32,000 nt of DNA from contig NC_009776.1 of NCBI RefSeq assembly GCF_000017945.1, positions 630,001 through 662,000 of the forward strand. The letters run 5' to 3'. The notes below the pieces were generated by a model. It was not told the origin of the DNA and searched no databases. It was given only the letters and a program-made list of their open reading frames with translations. Positions 22,487-30,815 of this stretch are shown here, one piece after another (the stretch's first letter is position 1; each line of letters opens with the position of its first letter). This DNA comes from Ignicoccus hospitalis KIN4/I (lineage in GTDB: Archaea; Thermoproteota; Thermoprotei_A; Sulfolobales; Ignicoccaceae). The position numbers and the translations under genes are program-made.

Positions 22487-22935
22487 CAAAGGTGGAGAGA
22501 GAATTTGTAATGATCAAGCCGGACGGTGTCAAGAGGGGTCTCGTCGGCGAAATAATATCGAGGATCGAAAGGAAGGGGCTCAAGATAGTGGCCATGAAGA
22601 TGCTCAAGTTGGACAGGGAGATGGCAGAGAGGCTGTACGAAGAACACAAGGGAAAGCCCTTCTTCGATGACTTGATAAGTTACGTGACCAGCGGCCCCGT
22701 GGTAGCGATGGTCGTCGAGGGACCCAACGCAGTCGAAGTGATGAGGAGGATGATAGGAGACACCGACGGAGCCAAGGCCGCCCCCGGCACGATCAGAGGG
22801 GACTTCGCGCTGAGTAAGGCGAGGAACGTAGTCCACGCGACCGACAGTCCCGAAAAGGTAGCTCGGGAAATGTCGATATTCTTCCGCGACGACGAGATCG
22901 TAGAGGGTTACGAGCTCTGTCACTCGATTTATTAA
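22483..22935 (+). CDS. ndk: nucleoside diphosphate kinase
   Basis: 150 aa: [35 protein letters not shown] ... [10 protein letters not shown] ... GTIRGDFA ... [12 protein letters not shown] overlap with rpl24e. Confidence 0.92.
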   Translation: MTKVEREFVMIKPDGVKRGLVGEIISRIERKGLKIVAMKMLKLDREMAERLYEEHKGKPFFDDLISYVTSGPVVAMVVEGPNAVEVMRRMIGDTDGAKAAPGTIRGDFALSKARNVVHATDSPEKVAREMSIFFRDDEIVEGYELCHSIY

Positions 22936-22962
22936 CACTTTCTCTCCCCTGCACGCGGGAGT

Positions 22963-23433
22963 TTGGAGGACAGGGCTTTCTACTTGTTACTTAGAAAGTT
23001 TAGAGAGTTCGGCGTGGACCCGAGCTGCGCGAGGCGCGTGAGCTGTCGGAGTGAGCTGGACTGCATAATAAAGGCGTTGAAGATTTGTAACGGCCTCAAA
23101 GTCACGCAGCTGGGCATAGACCCGGGAGAGACCGTGGGCATCGTCATAGTCGTGGACGCCGTGCCCGTGTGGGAGTGGGAAGGTTCAAGGGACGAAGCAG
23201 TCAAGGTAGTTTCAGAGGTTCTAAAGACTATTGAGATAGATAGAGTAGTTACGAGCGAAGGGGGCCTAGACTTACTCCCCTCCTCCCTCGAGGTGCCCGT
23301 GGTTCTGGTAAGGGAACACGGCACCTCCAAGAGGAGGGTGCGCGGTCTCAAAAAGCACTCCTCATCCGCCTACCTCATGGTCGCGAGAAACTCTATTACA
23401 AGGAGAGTGAGGAGGTGGAGAGGTGGAAGCTAA
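22963..23433 (+). CDS. hypothetical protein, possible RNase H-fold (RuvC/YqgF-like) nuclease
   Basis: 156 aa, TTG start. QLGIDPGETVGIVIVVD resembles the first beta-strand and catalytic Asp of RuvC/YqgF-type folds. Basic C-terminal tail. Weak call. Confidence 0.35.
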   Translation: MEDRAFYLLLRKFREFGVDPSCARRVSCRSELDCIIKALKICNGLKVTQLGIDPGETVGIVIVVDAVPVWEWEGSRDEAVKVVSEVLKTIEIDRVVTSEGGLDLLPSSLEVPVVLVREHGTSKRRVRGLKKHSSSAYLMVARNSITRRVRRWRGGS

Positions 23434-24299
23434 TGAGTTACGACCATCCTCGAGGAAGGAAAGGACTGTTGGACGAGATTTCAATTATATTGAGGGAAGA
23501 GTGCGTAATTTCGGTTATAGCGAACCCGTACATGGAAGCTGCTCAGAAGTTCTCCACCATGCTGTCGCACATAAGGGACTCCTCACTAATCGTGAGGGCT
23601 TTGAGGAGCTCTTTCTTCGATTGTAATTCGTTATTTATACTGTTTAACGCCTATAACGCCACGGTACAATTTGCCGAATATGTGGTAAAGAAGCTAAAGA
23701 GCCTTGGAATAGGTATCATAAAGACGCTAGTGGTCGATTCGGCGCTCTCCCTCTCAGCGCTGCTTCCCCTCTTGTCGGAAGAGCTCGTGTTGACCCCTTG
23801 GTCTACCTTAGGAACCATTGACCCTTACATCTTCGTTTCCCACGTTATGCCGAAGGAAGCGATGGCCGTCAAGGAGTCCATAGACCAAGCCATCGCCAGC
23901 GTCCCCAAAGACGGGGGCGGGAAGGGCCAAGTGATCTACGCCCTAGCCGTTTCGGGTAGCCTCTACGAGTACGTCCTCTCAGAGAAGCACATAAGGTACT
24001 TAGAGAGGTTACTCAACGACTACGTTAGGGACAGGGTGGCCGAACCTAAGTTCAACGAATTAATGAACAGAATGCTTAACAACATAGATGTTCACGATCA
24101 ACCCCTCTCGGCAAAGGAGATAAATGATCTCGTGAATTACTCGAAGATAGTGGAGGACCGCCAACTCTTGAACATGATAGAGAGATATTACAACAGCGCC
24201 ATAAACTACCTCAATAAGTCCGGAAAGGCTCTATTGATAGAGACTTCGCTGGTGACGTATGATATAACGCCGCCCAACACAAACCCGTTGGGTTATTAG
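23433..24299 (+). CDS. hypothetical protein, possibly a divergent ClpP/SDH (serine dehydrogenase proteinase)-fold protein
   Basis: ATG 23433 overlaps the upstream TAA (TAATG); the track also allows GTG 23415. The segment LFILFNAYNATVQFAEYVVKKLKSLG..IKTLVVDSALSLSALLPLLSEELVLTPWSTLGTIDPYI parallels my recollection of the SDH-family core (HTPGG ... AMSGGT ... LGPVDP) but lacks the Gly-rich oxyanion motif. Confidence 0.35.
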   Translation: MSYDHPRGRKGLLDEISIILREECVISVIANPYMEAAQKFSTMLSHIRDSSLIVRALRSSFFDCNSLFILFNAYNATVQFAEYVVKKLKSLGIGIIKTLVVDSALSLSALLPLLSEELVLTPWSTLGTIDPYIFVSHVMPKEAMAVKESIDQAIASVPKDGGGKGQVIYALAVSGSLYEYVLSEKHIRYLERLLNDYVRDRVAEPKFNELMNRMLNNIDVHDQPLSAKEINDLVNYSKIVEDRQLLNMIERYYNSAINYLNKSGKALLIETSLVTYDITPPNTNPLGY

Positions 24300-25366
24300 G
24301 GCCGCACCGGAACGAGGTTCTTCAAGCCCTCGTCCTCATCCATGCCCAACATCAAATTCATATTTTGCACCGCCGTCCCCGCCGCCCCCTTCATCAAGTT
24401 GTCTATCGCCGCGAACATGGCTAGCCTCCCAACCCTCTTGTCCAAGGCGAACCCGACCTCGGCGTAGTTGCTGCCGTAGACGTTCTTCACGTCCGGGTAA
24501 GGCATGGGCGCCCCCCTCACTATCTTGACGAACTTCTTGCCCGCGTAATACTTCGCATAAATCCTTTGGACGTCCAGCGGCGCTAAGTCTTTCGTAAGCC
24601 AAGAATACGCTGAGGCGAGTGACCCCCTTATCATGCTCACGGCGTGAGGGGTAAACCCTACCTTGACGTCTCTCCCGGTATAGTCCCTTATAACCTGCTC
24701 CAGCTCCGCTACGTGTCTATGACCTTCTGCGTCGTAAGGCCTGGCCGTGCCTTCCCTCTCCGGGTGATGACCCCCTCTGTAGGGCTTGGCGCCCGCCTCG
24801 GAGCTCCCCACCTTGACGTCAACCACTATCCGGTCCAAGTCGATTATTCTTTCAGCCGCTGGGGGCAAGACGGCCAAGATGGAGCTAGTTGCGTTACAGC
24901 CGGGGTTAGCAACGAGCTGGGCGCCCCTTATTTTGTCTCCGTAAAGTTCCGGGAGGCCGTAGACGGCCTTTTCGAGCAAGTCCGGGTAAGGGTGTTCGTA
25001 GCCGTACCAAGTTTTGTAATCTTCAACCCGCTTGAGACGATAGTCGGCACTTAAGTCCACTACCTTATATCCTACTTCCAAAGCCTTGGGCACGTAATGC
25101 AAGGACACCTTGTGGGGAAGGGCGAGGAAGACCAGGTCCACGTCGCCTACGACGTCGCTGAGCTGGTCAGGGTCGTCTAACCTCTTAAACTTCAAGGACG
25201 CTGGGTATATCCCCCTCAAGTGAGGGTGGGCATAGTAGACGGGCTTGTTGGCGTATTCCCTAGAGGTGACCACTTTCACGTTCACGTCGGGGTGTACTGC
25301 GAGTACCCTTAGCAACTCGCCTCCGGTGTAACCGGAGGCTCCGACTATCGCTACCTCATACGTCAT
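24296..25366 (-). CDS. argC: N-acetyl-gamma-glutamyl-phosphate reductase / LysY-type semialdehyde dehydrogenase
   Basis: 356 aa: VAIVGASGYTGGELLRVL, active-site NPGCNATSSILAVLP, C-terminal IDNLMKGAAG. Confidence 0.88.
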   Translation of the reverse strand: MTYEVAIVGASGYTGGELLRVLAVHPDVNVKVVTSREYANKPVYYAHPHLRGIYPASLKFKRLDDPDQLSDVVGDVDLVFLALPHKVSLHYVPKALEVGYKVVDLSADYRLKRVEDYKTWYGYEHPYPDLLEKAVYGLPELYGDKIRGAQLVANPGCNATSSILAVLPPAAERIIDLDRIVVDVKVGSSEAGAKPYRGGHHPEREGTARPYDAEGHRHVAELEQVIRDYTGRDVKVGFTPHAVSMIRGSLASAYSWLTKDLAPLDVQRIYAKYYAGKKFVKIVRGAPMPYPDVKNVYGSNYAEVGFALDKRVGRLAMFAAIDNLMKGAAGTAVQNMNLMLGMDEDEGLKNLVPVRP

Positions 25367-25390
25367 TAACCTTCCCCGGCTCTCGCTAGG

Positions 25391-25437
25391 ACGTCATGAT
25401 TTAACTCTTATACCTATAAAGCAAAACGATATTAAAA
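25391..25437. promoter_or_regulatory. AT-rich divergent promoter region (argC / liv operon)
   Basis: ATATTAAAA (25428..25436) is about 36 nt upstream of TTG 25468. On the minus strand, GAGTTAAATCAT (25395..25406) is about 35 nt upstream of the argC ATG at 25366. Confidence 0.35.
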
Positions 25438-25467
25438 GTTAAGCGAAGTCGGGGCGGGCAAATAATA

Positions 25468-26781
25468 TTGAGGACGAGGGCGTTAGCCAGCCTCATAGCA
25501 CTCCTCATCGCCTTCTACGTTATCTGGAACGTAGCCCCCGTTTTGGGCAACGTCTCTCAACAATTGCCTCAAGTGGTAGTGGACGCCATACTCTTGGGTA
25601 ACTTGTACTTCCTCATCGCTGTCGGCATAACTCTGACCTACACGGTAGCCAAGTTCGCCAACTTCGCTCACGGAGACGTCGCGACGGCCGGCGCTTACGC
25701 CGCCTATCTGATATATAATTTCGCTATCATTGCTGGAATAATAAACAACATGGCGTTGTCCGTGGGCATAATATCCTTGCTTCTAGGTATCCTTCTCATA
25801 GCCCTGTGGAAGATGGGGGGCAGCAGCGACGCGCTGGCCTTAGGCGTGCCCAGCGCCCTAACCGGCCTTGCCATACTTTGGGCGTGCTTCTTACAAGCGA
25901 ACTTGGTGGACTTGATTATTATTTCGGCCTCAGTTAGCGCGTTAACCAGCGTGCTCTCCCACGTGTTGGTCTATCGCCCCTTGAGCAGGAGGGGGGCTAC
26001 CTTAGTCCAACTAATGGTGGCCAGCATAGGCGTAGCCCTCTTCGTAAGATACTTCTTATACGAGCTCGCGTGGTACAGCAGGACGTACTTCAATACCGAG
26101 ATAATGTACCAAAACTTCGGGATAAATTTAAATAGCTTCCAAGCGTGGTTAATGAACAATAGCTTGATAGTGGCTAACACGACGGCTTCGTTCATATCCG
26201 ACTACGTGCCGGCACTGAGCGTAGGGGCTCAAGGGATAAGGATAATCAAGGTGCCTTCCGTCGACTTGCTGTTGAGTTTCCCCCAGCCGCTCTTGTCGTT
26301 CACGGACCTCCACGTGTGGAGTACGGTAACTGTGTTAGTAATACTCATAGCAATGACGACCATGTTCAAGAAGACTAAGATCGGAAAGGCTTGGAGGGCG
26401 GTGGCAGACAACCCGGTGCTGGCGGCCGCGTGTGGAATAGACGTAGATTCGGTCATCAACTTAGCTTGGTTAGTCGCGGGAGCGCTGGCCGGGATAGGCG
26501 GCCTCTTCTGGGCAATGCAGACGCAGATCTACCCCGAGCTGGGGTGGATGGTCCTCCTGAACGCGTTCGCAGTAGCGGTCTTGGGAGGCCTCGGCAGCTT
26601 CTGGGGGACCTTCGTGGCCAGCTACTTGCTGGCCTTCGCGGAACAGTTGGGCGTCAGCATACTGGCGTCCATCGACCCGCAACTGACCGGGTATAGGTTT
26701 ATGATACCTTTCTCCGTGTTCCTCTTAGTTCTTTTCGTTAAGCCAGAGGGGATAGCCGGCATTCGGAGGAGGAAGGCGTAA
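25468..26781 (+). CDS. livH: branched-chain amino acid ABC transporter permease (LivH-type) with an extra N-terminal TM and a large loop insertion
   Basis: 437 aa. LGNLYFLIAVGITLTYTVAKFANFAHGD, VYRPL and KIGKAWRAVADNPVLAAACGID are LivH hallmarks. An extra segment of about 85 aa lies at aa about 205-290. Confidence 0.8.
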   Translation: MRTRALASLIALLIAFYVIWNVAPVLGNVSQQLPQVVVDAILLGNLYFLIAVGITLTYTVAKFANFAHGDVATAGAYAAYLIYNFAIIAGIINNMALSVGIISLLLGILLIALWKMGGSSDALALGVPSALTGLAILWACFLQANLVDLIIISASVSALTSVLSHVLVYRPLSRRGATLVQLMVASIGVALFVRYFLYELAWYSRTYFNTEIMYQNFGINLNSFQAWLMNNSLIVANTTASFISDYVPALSVGAQGIRIIKVPSVDLLLSFPQPLLSFTDLHVWSTVTVLVILIAMTTMFKKTKIGKAWRAVADNPVLAAACGIDVDSVINLAWLVAGALAGIGGLFWAMQTQIYPELGWMVLLNAFAVAVLGGLGSFWGTFVASYLLAFAEQLGVSILASIDPQLTGYRFMIPFSVFLLVLFVKPEGIAGIRRRKA

Positions 26782-26787
26782 CTGGGG

Positions 26788-27825
26788 GTGTTGGGTATGG
26801 ATAAGGTCGGCGCGCTCCTAGGGTTACTGATCTTGGGGGTCCTCGCGGCTCTGTTTTCGGTAAGCCCGAGCTACGCTATTGACGTAATATTCTTCATAGC
26901 GTTCTACGCGATAGCTGCGCTAAGCTTAAACTTAGAATATGGCTACACAGGGCTCAACAACTTCGGACAAGTAGCTTTCATCGCTGTAGGCGCTTACACG
27001 GCCGGCGTCTTGTCGTCAGCCTTCCACTTGCCTTTCGTCTACTGCCTACTGGCAGCCGCGTTGGCCGGAGGCCTCTTAGGGGCGTTCGTCGCAGTGCCTA
27101 CAGTCAAGCTCCGCGAGGACTACTTGGGCATGGCAACAATAATCATAGGAGAGATGATAAGGATCCTCTTGCGAAACACTCCTACGGAGAGCGTCTGGGG
27201 CGGCGTCTTTGGGCTAAGGGGGATAAACCCCGTCTTCGCGTACATAAAGGACCCACTCGCGAGGCAAGGGGCCTTCGTGCTACTGACGCTCTCGCTCCTC
27301 GCTTTGACTTATTGGTTAGTCGACAAGTGGGGCAACTCGCCATTGGGCCGAGTCCTAAAGAGCATAAGGGACGACGAACTGGCGTCTAAGAGCGTTGGTA
27401 AGTTTACTTATCGCTACAAGCTGATAACTATGTTCGTGGGCAGCGCCCTCGCGGGCGTCGCCGGCGCGCTCTACGCGTTCTACTTCCTCTACTTGAACCC
27501 CGACGTCTTTATGCCTCTAATAACGTTCATGATATGGATAATGGTAATAATGGGCGGAGTAGCTAACAACTACGGAGTCGTAGTCGGAAGTGCGATAGTG
27601 ATATTGATAAATAGGTTGACCCAAATAGCTAAGGATTATATAAACCTACCGATAGAGCCCAACTACTTCCAGGCTATGATGGTCGGTATACTGATAATAG
27701 TGTTCCTAATGTTTAGGCCCCAGGGTCTGGTGGTAGAAAAAGTTGTGAGGACGCCGGCGTGGAGCGTGTTGAAGAGGGCAGAAGAAGAGGGCAGGGCCAA
27801 GCCGCCAGGGGGTGAGGAGCAGTGA
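26788..27825 (+). CDS. livM: branched-chain amino acid ABC transporter permease (LivM-type)
   Basis: 345 aa: LNLEYGYTGLNNFGQVAFIAVGAY, LKSIRDDELASKSVG, GGVANNYGVVVGS. Confidence 0.85.
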   Translation: MLGMDKVGALLGLLILGVLAALFSVSPSYAIDVIFFIAFYAIAALSLNLEYGYTGLNNFGQVAFIAVGAYTAGVLSSAFHLPFVYCLLAAALAGGLLGAFVAVPTVKLREDYLGMATIIIGEMIRILLRNTPTESVWGGVFGLRGINPVFAYIKDPLARQGAFVLLTLSLLALTYWLVDKWGNSPLGRVLKSIRDDELASKSVGKFTYRYKLITMFVGSALAGVAGALYAFYFLYLNPDVFMPLITFMIWIMVIMGGVANNYGVVVGSAIVILINRLTQIAKDYINLPIEPNYFQAMMVGILIIVFLMFRPQGLVVEKVVRTPAWSVLKRAEEEGRAKPPGGEEQ

Positions 27826-28586
27826 GCGACAACATCTTGGAAGTACAAAACGTGAAGAAGCGCTTCGGGGGCGTAGTGGCCCTCGACGGAGTTACAATGA
27901 GCGTTAAGAGAGGAAGCATGACTGCCTTAATAGGCCCCAACGGCTCCGGAAAGACCACTTTGTTCAACGTCATAGCTGGCGTGTACAAACCCGACTCGGG
28001 CAAAGTGTTCTTCGACGGGAAAGACATTACCGGCTTACCGCCCGAGAAAATTTACCACCTAGGGTTGGTGAGGACGTTCCAAGTCCCTAGGATGTTCAAA
28101 GGAATGACCGTGTTCGAAAACGTCATGACTGCTGCTAGGAACAACCCCGGCGAGAGGTACACTAAGTCTCTATTGAAGCGCTTGTGGAAGTCCGTAGAAA
28201 TGAAGGTAGCCGAGAAAGCGGTGGACACGTTGGAGTTGTTGAAGATACTCCACGTAGCGAGGAACCCTTCAGGCGCCATTAGTGGAGGCCAAATGAAGTT
28301 GGTAGAGCTGGCTAGGGGCCTTATGAGCGACCCTAAGATGCTAATGCTAGACGAGCCCGCCGCCGGCGTTAACCCAACGCTGGCCCACGAAATATTTAAG
28401 TTCTTGGTAAACTTAAAGACCGAAAAGGGTATGAGCATGCTCATAATAGAGCACCGCCTAGACATCCTCTTCGACTACGTAGATTACGTGTACGTCATGC
28501 ATAGGGGAAAAATAGTCGCTGAGGGCACCCCCGAAGAAATCATGAACAACAAAGTGGTAGTTGATATATACCTAGGTGAGGCGTAA
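27822..28586 (+). CDS. livG: ABC transporter ATP-binding protein (LivG-type)
   Basis: 254 aa: Walker A GPNGSGKTT, signature ISGGQMKLVELARGL, Walker B MLMLDEPAAG. GTGA overlap with livM. Confidence 0.9.
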   Translation: MSDNILEVQNVKKRFGGVVALDGVTMSVKRGSMTALIGPNGSGKTTLFNVIAGVYKPDSGKVFFDGKDITGLPPEKIYHLGLVRTFQVPRMFKGMTVFENVMTAARNNPGERYTKSLLKRLWKSVEMKVAEKAVDTLELLKILHVARNPSGAISGGQMKLVELARGLMSDPKMLMLDEPAAGVNPTLAHEIFKFLVNLKTEKGMSMLIIEHRLDILFDYVDYVYVMHRGKIVAEGTPEEIMNNKVVVDIYLGEA

Positions 28587-28589
28587 GGG

Positions 28590-29330
28590 GTGATAGTTAT
28601 GGCCGACAAAGTAATAGAGACGATTGACCTCGTCGCGGGTTACGGCAAAATGGTAATCCTCCACGGCGTTAACTTCTACGTCTTGAGGAACGAAATTGTA
28701 ACTGTGGTAGGCCCCAACGGCTCTGGCAAGAGCACACTACTAAAGGCAATACTGGGCATAGCGAAAGTAATCTCGGGCAAGGTACTCTACGAGGGGAAGG
28801 ACATAACTAACGAAAGGTTGGACAGAATATCTAGAATGGGTATCGGCTACGTCCCCCAAACGGACAACGTGTTTCCCAGCCTGACGGTGAGGGAGAACTT
28901 AGAGATGGGGGCTTACACGATAAAGGACAAAGATGAGGTAGAGAAGAGAATGGAAGAAATGTTCGAGATATTCCCGGAGCTCAGAGCTAGGAAGGACCAG
29001 CTCGCGGCCAACTTGTCGGGAGGGGAGAGGCAAATGTTAGCCATGGCCAGGGCTCTGATGGCCAGGCCCAAGGCCTTGTTGCTAGACGAGCCCACGGCCG
29101 CCCTCTCGCCAAAGTACGTAGACCTAGTGTTGATGAAGGTTAAAGAAATAAGGGACACCGGAGTGACCATAGTTCTAGTAGAGCAGAACGCCAAGAAGGG
29201 GTTGGAGATAGCTGACAGGGGCTACGTGTTGGTGACGGGCAGAGTAGCCTACACGGCTCCAGCCAAGGAAATATTGAGTCACCCGGAGATCGGCAAGCTC
29301 TACTTGGGCTTGAAGGGAGCGGGTGCTTGA
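28590..29330 (+). CDS. livF: ABC transporter ATP-binding protein (LivF-type)
   Basis: 246 aa: GPNGSGKSTLLKAI, LSGGERQMLAMARAL, LLLDEPTAALSP. Confidence 0.9.
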   Translation: MIVMADKVIETIDLVAGYGKMVILHGVNFYVLRNEIVTVVGPNGSGKSTLLKAILGIAKVISGKVLYEGKDITNERLDRISRMGIGYVPQTDNVFPSLTVRENLEMGAYTIKDKDEVEKRMEEMFEIFPELRARKDQLAANLSGGERQMLAMARALMARPKALLLDEPTAALSPKYVDLVLMKVKEIRDTGVTIVLVEQNAKKGLEIADRGYVLVTGRVAYTAPAKEILSHPEIGKLYLGLKGAGA

Positions 29331-29333
29331 ACG

Positions 29334-29999
29334 TTGAAAACCTTGGTCTTGAAGATTTCAGGCAAGTTCGTGTCGCCTTATGACACGCCCCTCGTGGAGG
29401 GCTATGCCAAGACTCTAGAAGCGCTTAGGAGGAAGTACAAGCTAGCAGTGGTCGTGGGCGGGGGAAGCGTCGCTAGGAAGTACATAGAGCTGGCCCCTCC
29501 CTCCAAAGGTCTCAAGGACTTGATAGGGATAGAGGTGTCAAGGCTGAACGCGTTGCTGCTTTCCATGCACACTCCCTCGGCGAAGAAAGTAATCCCCAAG
29601 AGCGCCTCGGAGGTGCTCGAGCTCTGGGACGGCGAGGACATCCTCATAGTAGGGGGCTTACAGCCCGGTCAATCCACGAACGCAGTCGCTCTGGTAGTGG
29701 CGGAGCTGGTGGGTGCTGACTTGGTGGTGAACGCGACCACGGTGGACGCCGTGTACGACAAGCCCCCCTCGCAGCCTGGCGCTAAGAGAATAGAAAAAAT
29801 AAAGGCCAGAGAGCTCCAAAGGCTCTTAGAGAGTTTCGACTGGAAGAACGAGCCCGGAAGGTACGAGTTAATGGACTCCATCGCCTTGCAGATTGCAGAG
29901 AGGAGTAAGATTCCTATAGCTGTAATCTACGGCGGTGAGCCCGAGAGGATACCGTCTATAGTCGAGGAGGAGGCGTGGGGAACCCTAATCTTACCGTAG
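29334..29999 (+). CDS. pyrH: UMP kinase (archaeal PyrH)
   Basis: 221 aa, TTG start: LVLKISGKF, LAVVVGGGSVARKYIE, VGGLQPGQSTNAVAL, VNATTVDAVYDKPP. Confidence 0.88.
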   Translation: MKTLVLKISGKFVSPYDTPLVEGYAKTLEALRRKYKLAVVVGGGSVARKYIELAPPSKGLKDLIGIEVSRLNALLLSMHTPSAKKVIPKSASEVLELWDGEDILIVGGLQPGQSTNAVALVVAELVGADLVVNATTVDAVYDKPPSQPGAKRIEKIKARELQRLLESFDWKNEPGRYELMDSIALQIAERSKIPIAVIYGGEPERIPSIVEEEAWGTLILP

Positions 30000-30815
30000 C
30001 TCGGCAAGCACTTCCATTATGTCGCCCGTGCACGGCTTTTTGGGTTTCCTAAACTTGTTAGGGCCCTTCCTCCTAAGGGCGGCACAGTCCTCTTGCTTTG
30101 AGTAGAAACACGGGTAGGAGAAGAGGTAGAACGGGCTCACGCCCTCCTCCGCCGCCGCGTAGAGCGCCTTTATCGAGCCCAAGGGGACCTTAGCATATAC
30201 GTAATCTATCAGTCTCTTGAACTGTTCCCACGCCTCGACGCTGACGTACCTCTTCCCCAGGTAACACTCCTTCGCTTTCAACAGCCTCTCTGCCACACAA
30301 GCCGGGTCCGCGGGGGGCCTCCCCGGGTAGGCGACCACCATTTCTCCCCTTCTCTTGCCTAAAGCCGCCATAGCCAAGAAAGAGGCAAAACACTCTGCGG
30401 GCTGCGGCGAAGCGGCGCAGAACGCGTCCCCTACCACCAACTCCTTGTCCCCGAGGACCTTGTCGACGCTGTCCAACACCATAGGCCAGGGGTCTCTGAG
30501 ACAAATTACAAACGTCTTAAACCCCTTCCCGGCTAACTGACTCTCGGGCAGGGGCCCTTTCTTCAACCTGCTCGAGGGGTTCAACAGAAAGGCGGAGTCG
30601 TATACCCTCTTGGCGTCCACGACTTCGCCCTTCTTACAAGGCCTCAACGAGACTACGTCGAAAGTTCTACGGGCCTTACCCTTTCCGCCGACCTCCTCTG
30701 AGCCCCCTTCTCCCTTTTTCGAAGCGTCGTATTCGGTGGTTATCAAATATCCCAACGCGACGAGCGTTGAGCTAATTCCGCCTAAGCCGACCGCTACTCT
30801 TCCCACGTCCCCCAT
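29991..30815 (-). CDS. hypothetical Cys-rich protein, partner of the HerA-type ATPase
   Basis: 274 aa with about 10 Cys. N-terminal strand and Gly loop VAVGLGGISSTLVALGYL, a Gly/Lys/Glu-rich linker, and a basic tail RRKGPNKFRKPKKPC. No family recognised. 22-nt overlap with the upstream ATPase gene and 9-nt convergent overlap with pyrH. Confidence 0.5.
   Translation of the reverse strand: MGDVGRVAVGLGGISSTLVALGYLITTEYDASKKGEGGSEEVGGKGKARRTFDVVSLRPCKKGEVVDAKRVYDSAFLLNPSSRLKKGPLPESQLAGKGFKTFVICLRDPWPMVLDSVDKVLGDKELVVGDAFCAASPQPAECFASFLAMAALGKRRGEMVVAYPGRPPADPACVAERLLKAKECYLGKRYVSVEAWEQFKRLIDYVYAKVPLGSIKALYAAAEEGVSPFYLFSYPCFYSKQEDCAALRRKGPNKFRKPKKPCTGDIMEVLAELR

Noticed and set aside
22273-22938. 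A 221-aa minus-strand ORF spanning rpl24e and ndk.
   Set aside because: It is an antisense shadow of two strongly recognisable genes, with no recognisable motifs.
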